From NCBI GenBank assembly GCA_973895155.1, contig OZ316898.1, positions 12,113,187 to 12,177,186 on the forward strand: DNA of 64,000 bases, in the 5' to 3' direction. The notes under the pieces were generated by a model that did no database searches, was not told the DNA's origin, and saw only the letters and a program-made list of their open reading frames with translations. Positions 62,030 to 64,000 of this stretch are shown here, in pieces (position 1 is the first letter of the stretch; each line of letters begins with the position of its first letter). This DNA is from Marsupella aquatica (Eukaryota > Plantae > Marchantiophyta). Both the position numbers and the translations under genes were made by a program.

Positions 62030-62820
62030 TTGGTCTAGGATGGTCCTAGTCCAAGTTTGGATTCAGATGTGGACTAGGATCATCCGAGTCCAACTTTGCA
62101 TTGGGATCATCCGAGTCCAACTTTGGATTGGGATGGTCCGAGTCCAAGTTTAAACTTGGATGGTCCAAGTCCTAGTTTGGATTGGGATGGTCCGAGTCCA
62201 AGTTTGGATTGGGATGGTCCAAGTCCTAGTTTGGATTAGGATGGTTCAAGTCCAACTTTGGATTGGGATGGTCCGAGTCCAAGTTTGGACTTGGATGGTC
62301 CAAGTCCTAGTTTGGATTGGGATGGTCCGAGTCCAACTTTGGATTGGGATGGTCCCAGTCCAACTTTGGATTGGGATGGTCCAAGTCCTAGTTTGGATTG
62401 GGATGGTCCCAGTCCAACTTTGGATTGGGATGGTCCAAGTCCTAGTTTGGATTGGGATGGTCCGAGTCCAAGTTTGGATTGGGATGGTCCTAGTCCAACT
62501 TTGGACTGGGATGGTCCCAGTCCAAATCCAGAATCGGAGGATCGTACTCCAAATCTAGACTCGGAGGATTCCAGTCCAAATCCGGACTCGGATGGTCCCA
62601 ATCCAAATCCATAATCGGAGGATCGTAGTCCAAATCTAGACTCAGAGGATTGCAGTCCAAATCCGGACTTGGATGGTCCCGGTCAAAATCCGGACTCGGA
62701 TGGTCCTAGTCCAAATCCAGAATCAGAGGATCGTAGTCCAAATCCGGACTTGGATGGTCCCGGTCCAAATCCGGAATTGAAGGATCGTAGTCCAAATCCA
62801 GACTTTGAGGATCGCAGTCT
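62030..62820. repeat. Tandem array of 27-bp quasi-palindromic units (~28 copies, two sub-variants)
   Basis: TTTGGATTGGGATGGTCC(G/C/A)AGTCCAAC units to ~62520, then TCCAAATCCGGACTCGGA.. variants. Confidence 0.95.
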
Positions 62821-62886
62821 GAATCAAAATTTGCATGACTTTGGTTGTAATCCATTTTTTTCAGTGTGCAGGATAATAGGAAAAGG

Positions 62887-64000
62887 ATGTCTCAAAGGTT
62901 TTCTAGGGGCGATGATGTGACCTTGACAATGGATGGTTACGACGTTGGAAATGGGACAGTTCAAAAGACAGATCCGCAAGAGAGTGTTCAAAATATTGTG
63001 CTGGGAGAGAATCGAATTGGGGTTCTCATTGAGAAGGCCTTTGGTGAGACCAGGAAGCTCCCTTTTCCAATGCCTAGGGCGGAAAATCTTCATGATGCCA
63101 TTGACTCATGTGTCATTTGGGATATGTCATGTGCATATCGATCTGCGGATAAGATTACTCAAAAACGCATCAGTATTGGTAGTTGTTCGACTCGAAAAGA
63201 TAACAACATCCATAATTCTGCAAATGTACAGGAGGATGCTTCGACCACCCTAAGGCCAGGTGATGAGGTTGAAATGTTTATCTCTGGCCATTGTGTGGCC
63301 TTTGGAGTTGTTTTCAACACTGATCCAATGGAGAGATGTCATAACATATTACTCGGTGAGTCTCAGGTTAGTGTAAAAATCACAGATGTGATTCATGGTA
63401 GTAAGACTTTACCTTACGCACATGGTGGAGCTGCAACAATTGAAGAGGCAAAGGGCTCCTGGGTTCTATGGGATGTGGCTGACGTCCACAATAAAGTATG
63501 GAATGTTGATATCGATGGGAGCAACAAATCTTCCTCTAAGAAGCAGAAGGACAAGGCGGATTTTGTTTCACAGTCTTGTTCGGCAAACACCACAGACACT
63601 AAGTGTGACTATTTTCATCGGGCAAACTGGATGTCAGAGTTGGTTGAACTCTACACTGGTTTGGATCGAACCAAAATGGTTGCCACGGGAACGATCACTG
63701 TCCCTCAAGTGATGGCGGCAGTTGATGATGAAATTCTTGGTGATGACCATGTTGGGATTGCTGTGAAAGATGTCGTGGCAGCACAATACTTTCCCAACAT
63801 CCACAAGGGAGTAGTGAGTTTGATTCGATGGCGGATTGATTCAACAAAACTAGTTGCAAATGGAAAATTTTTGTCAGATATTTTGGTGGAAGGTTCTGAA
63901 AGGATGGACTCAATGGATAGGGATGAACTCAATGCGGATGTAAGTGATAGAGGAGTACTGCGTTCAAGGCCCTACAATTTTAACAAGAGGAATCAAGTAG
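62887..64000 (+). CDS. ORF (at least 371 aa, runs off the window) with three tandem Tnp1/En/Spm-like domains; probable transposase or transposon accessory protein
   Basis: Manual translation from ATG 62887 is open to 64000. Repeats: DVGNGTVQKTDP..VLGENRIGVLIE..LPFPMPRAENLHDAIDSCVIWD; CVAFGVVFNTDP..CHNILLGESQVSVKIT..LPYAHGGAATIEEAKGSWVLWD; MVATGTI..VDDEILGDDHVGIAVKDV..LIRW. Preceded by acceptor TTTTTTCAGTGTGCAG at 62871. Confidence 0.8.
   Translation, partial: MSQRFSRGDDVTLTMDGYDVGNGTVQKTDPQESVQNIVLGENRIGVLIEKAFGETRKLPFPMPRAENLHDAIDSCVIWDMSCAYRSADKITQKRISIGSCSTRKDNNIHNSANVQEDASTTLRPGDEVEMFISGHCVAFGVVFNTDPMERCHNILLGESQVSVKITDVIHGSKTLPYAHGGAATIEEAKGSWVLWDVADVHNKVWNVDIDGSNKSSSKKQKDKADFVSQSCSANTTDTKCDYFHRANWMSELVELYTGLDRTKMVATGTITVPQVMAAVDDEILGDDHVGIAVKDVVAAQYFPNIHKGVVSLIRWRIDSTKLVANGKFLSDILVEGSERMDSMDRDELNADVSDRGVLRSRPYNFNKRNQV

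Larger units (their letters stand above)
52620..64000. mobile_element. Putative large cargo-carrying DNA transposon (extends past the window end; left boundary tentative)
   Basis: Contiguous block of long intact ORFs (ParB-MTase, NIF phosphatase, Tnp1/En/Spm-like) tied together by a shared 27-bp palindromic repeat. Candidate terminus CACTAGAGGTCCC at 52620. No second end or TSD is visible. Confidence 0.55.

Noticed and set aside
60296-62920. ORFs with 9-aa repeats (DSDDPNPNL, LDWDGPSPS, WIGMVQVLV)
   Set aside because: Artefacts of a 27-bp tandem unit that is open in several frames on both strands. The arrays fall within predicted introns.

Overview
Repeat-rich eukaryotic DNA from a land plant, probably a non-seed plant such as a liverwort (inferred from element and gene style, not proven). 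There is one clear host gene: a multi-exon minus-strand gene (8.9-15.5 kb) encoding ankyrin repeats + CCCH zinc finger + RRM + LOTUS/OST-HTH + C-terminal RING. Most of the rest is nested transposable elements: the end of a probable Ty3/Gypsy element with accessory ORFs, about ten copies of a CTCGGGGGT-terminated MITE family with 8-bp TSDs, a decayed Ty1/Copia element, a decayed L1-type LINE, a ~1-kb inverted repeat pair, and an unclassified hairpin-ended element flanked by 18-28-bp duplications. The most unusual region is ~52.6-64 kb, an apparently intact transposon-like cassette. It carries (i) a 3-exon, ~1396-aa gene fusing a ParB/Srx-like domain to a prokaryote-type beta-class N4C/N6A DNA-methyltransferase fold, (ii) an FCP1/NIF-type HAD phosphatase gene, (iii) a divergently oriented ORF, missing from the ORF track, with three tandem Tnp1/En/Spm-like domains that runs off the window, and (iv) arrays of a palindromic 27-bp unit lying in the predicted introns of these genes.
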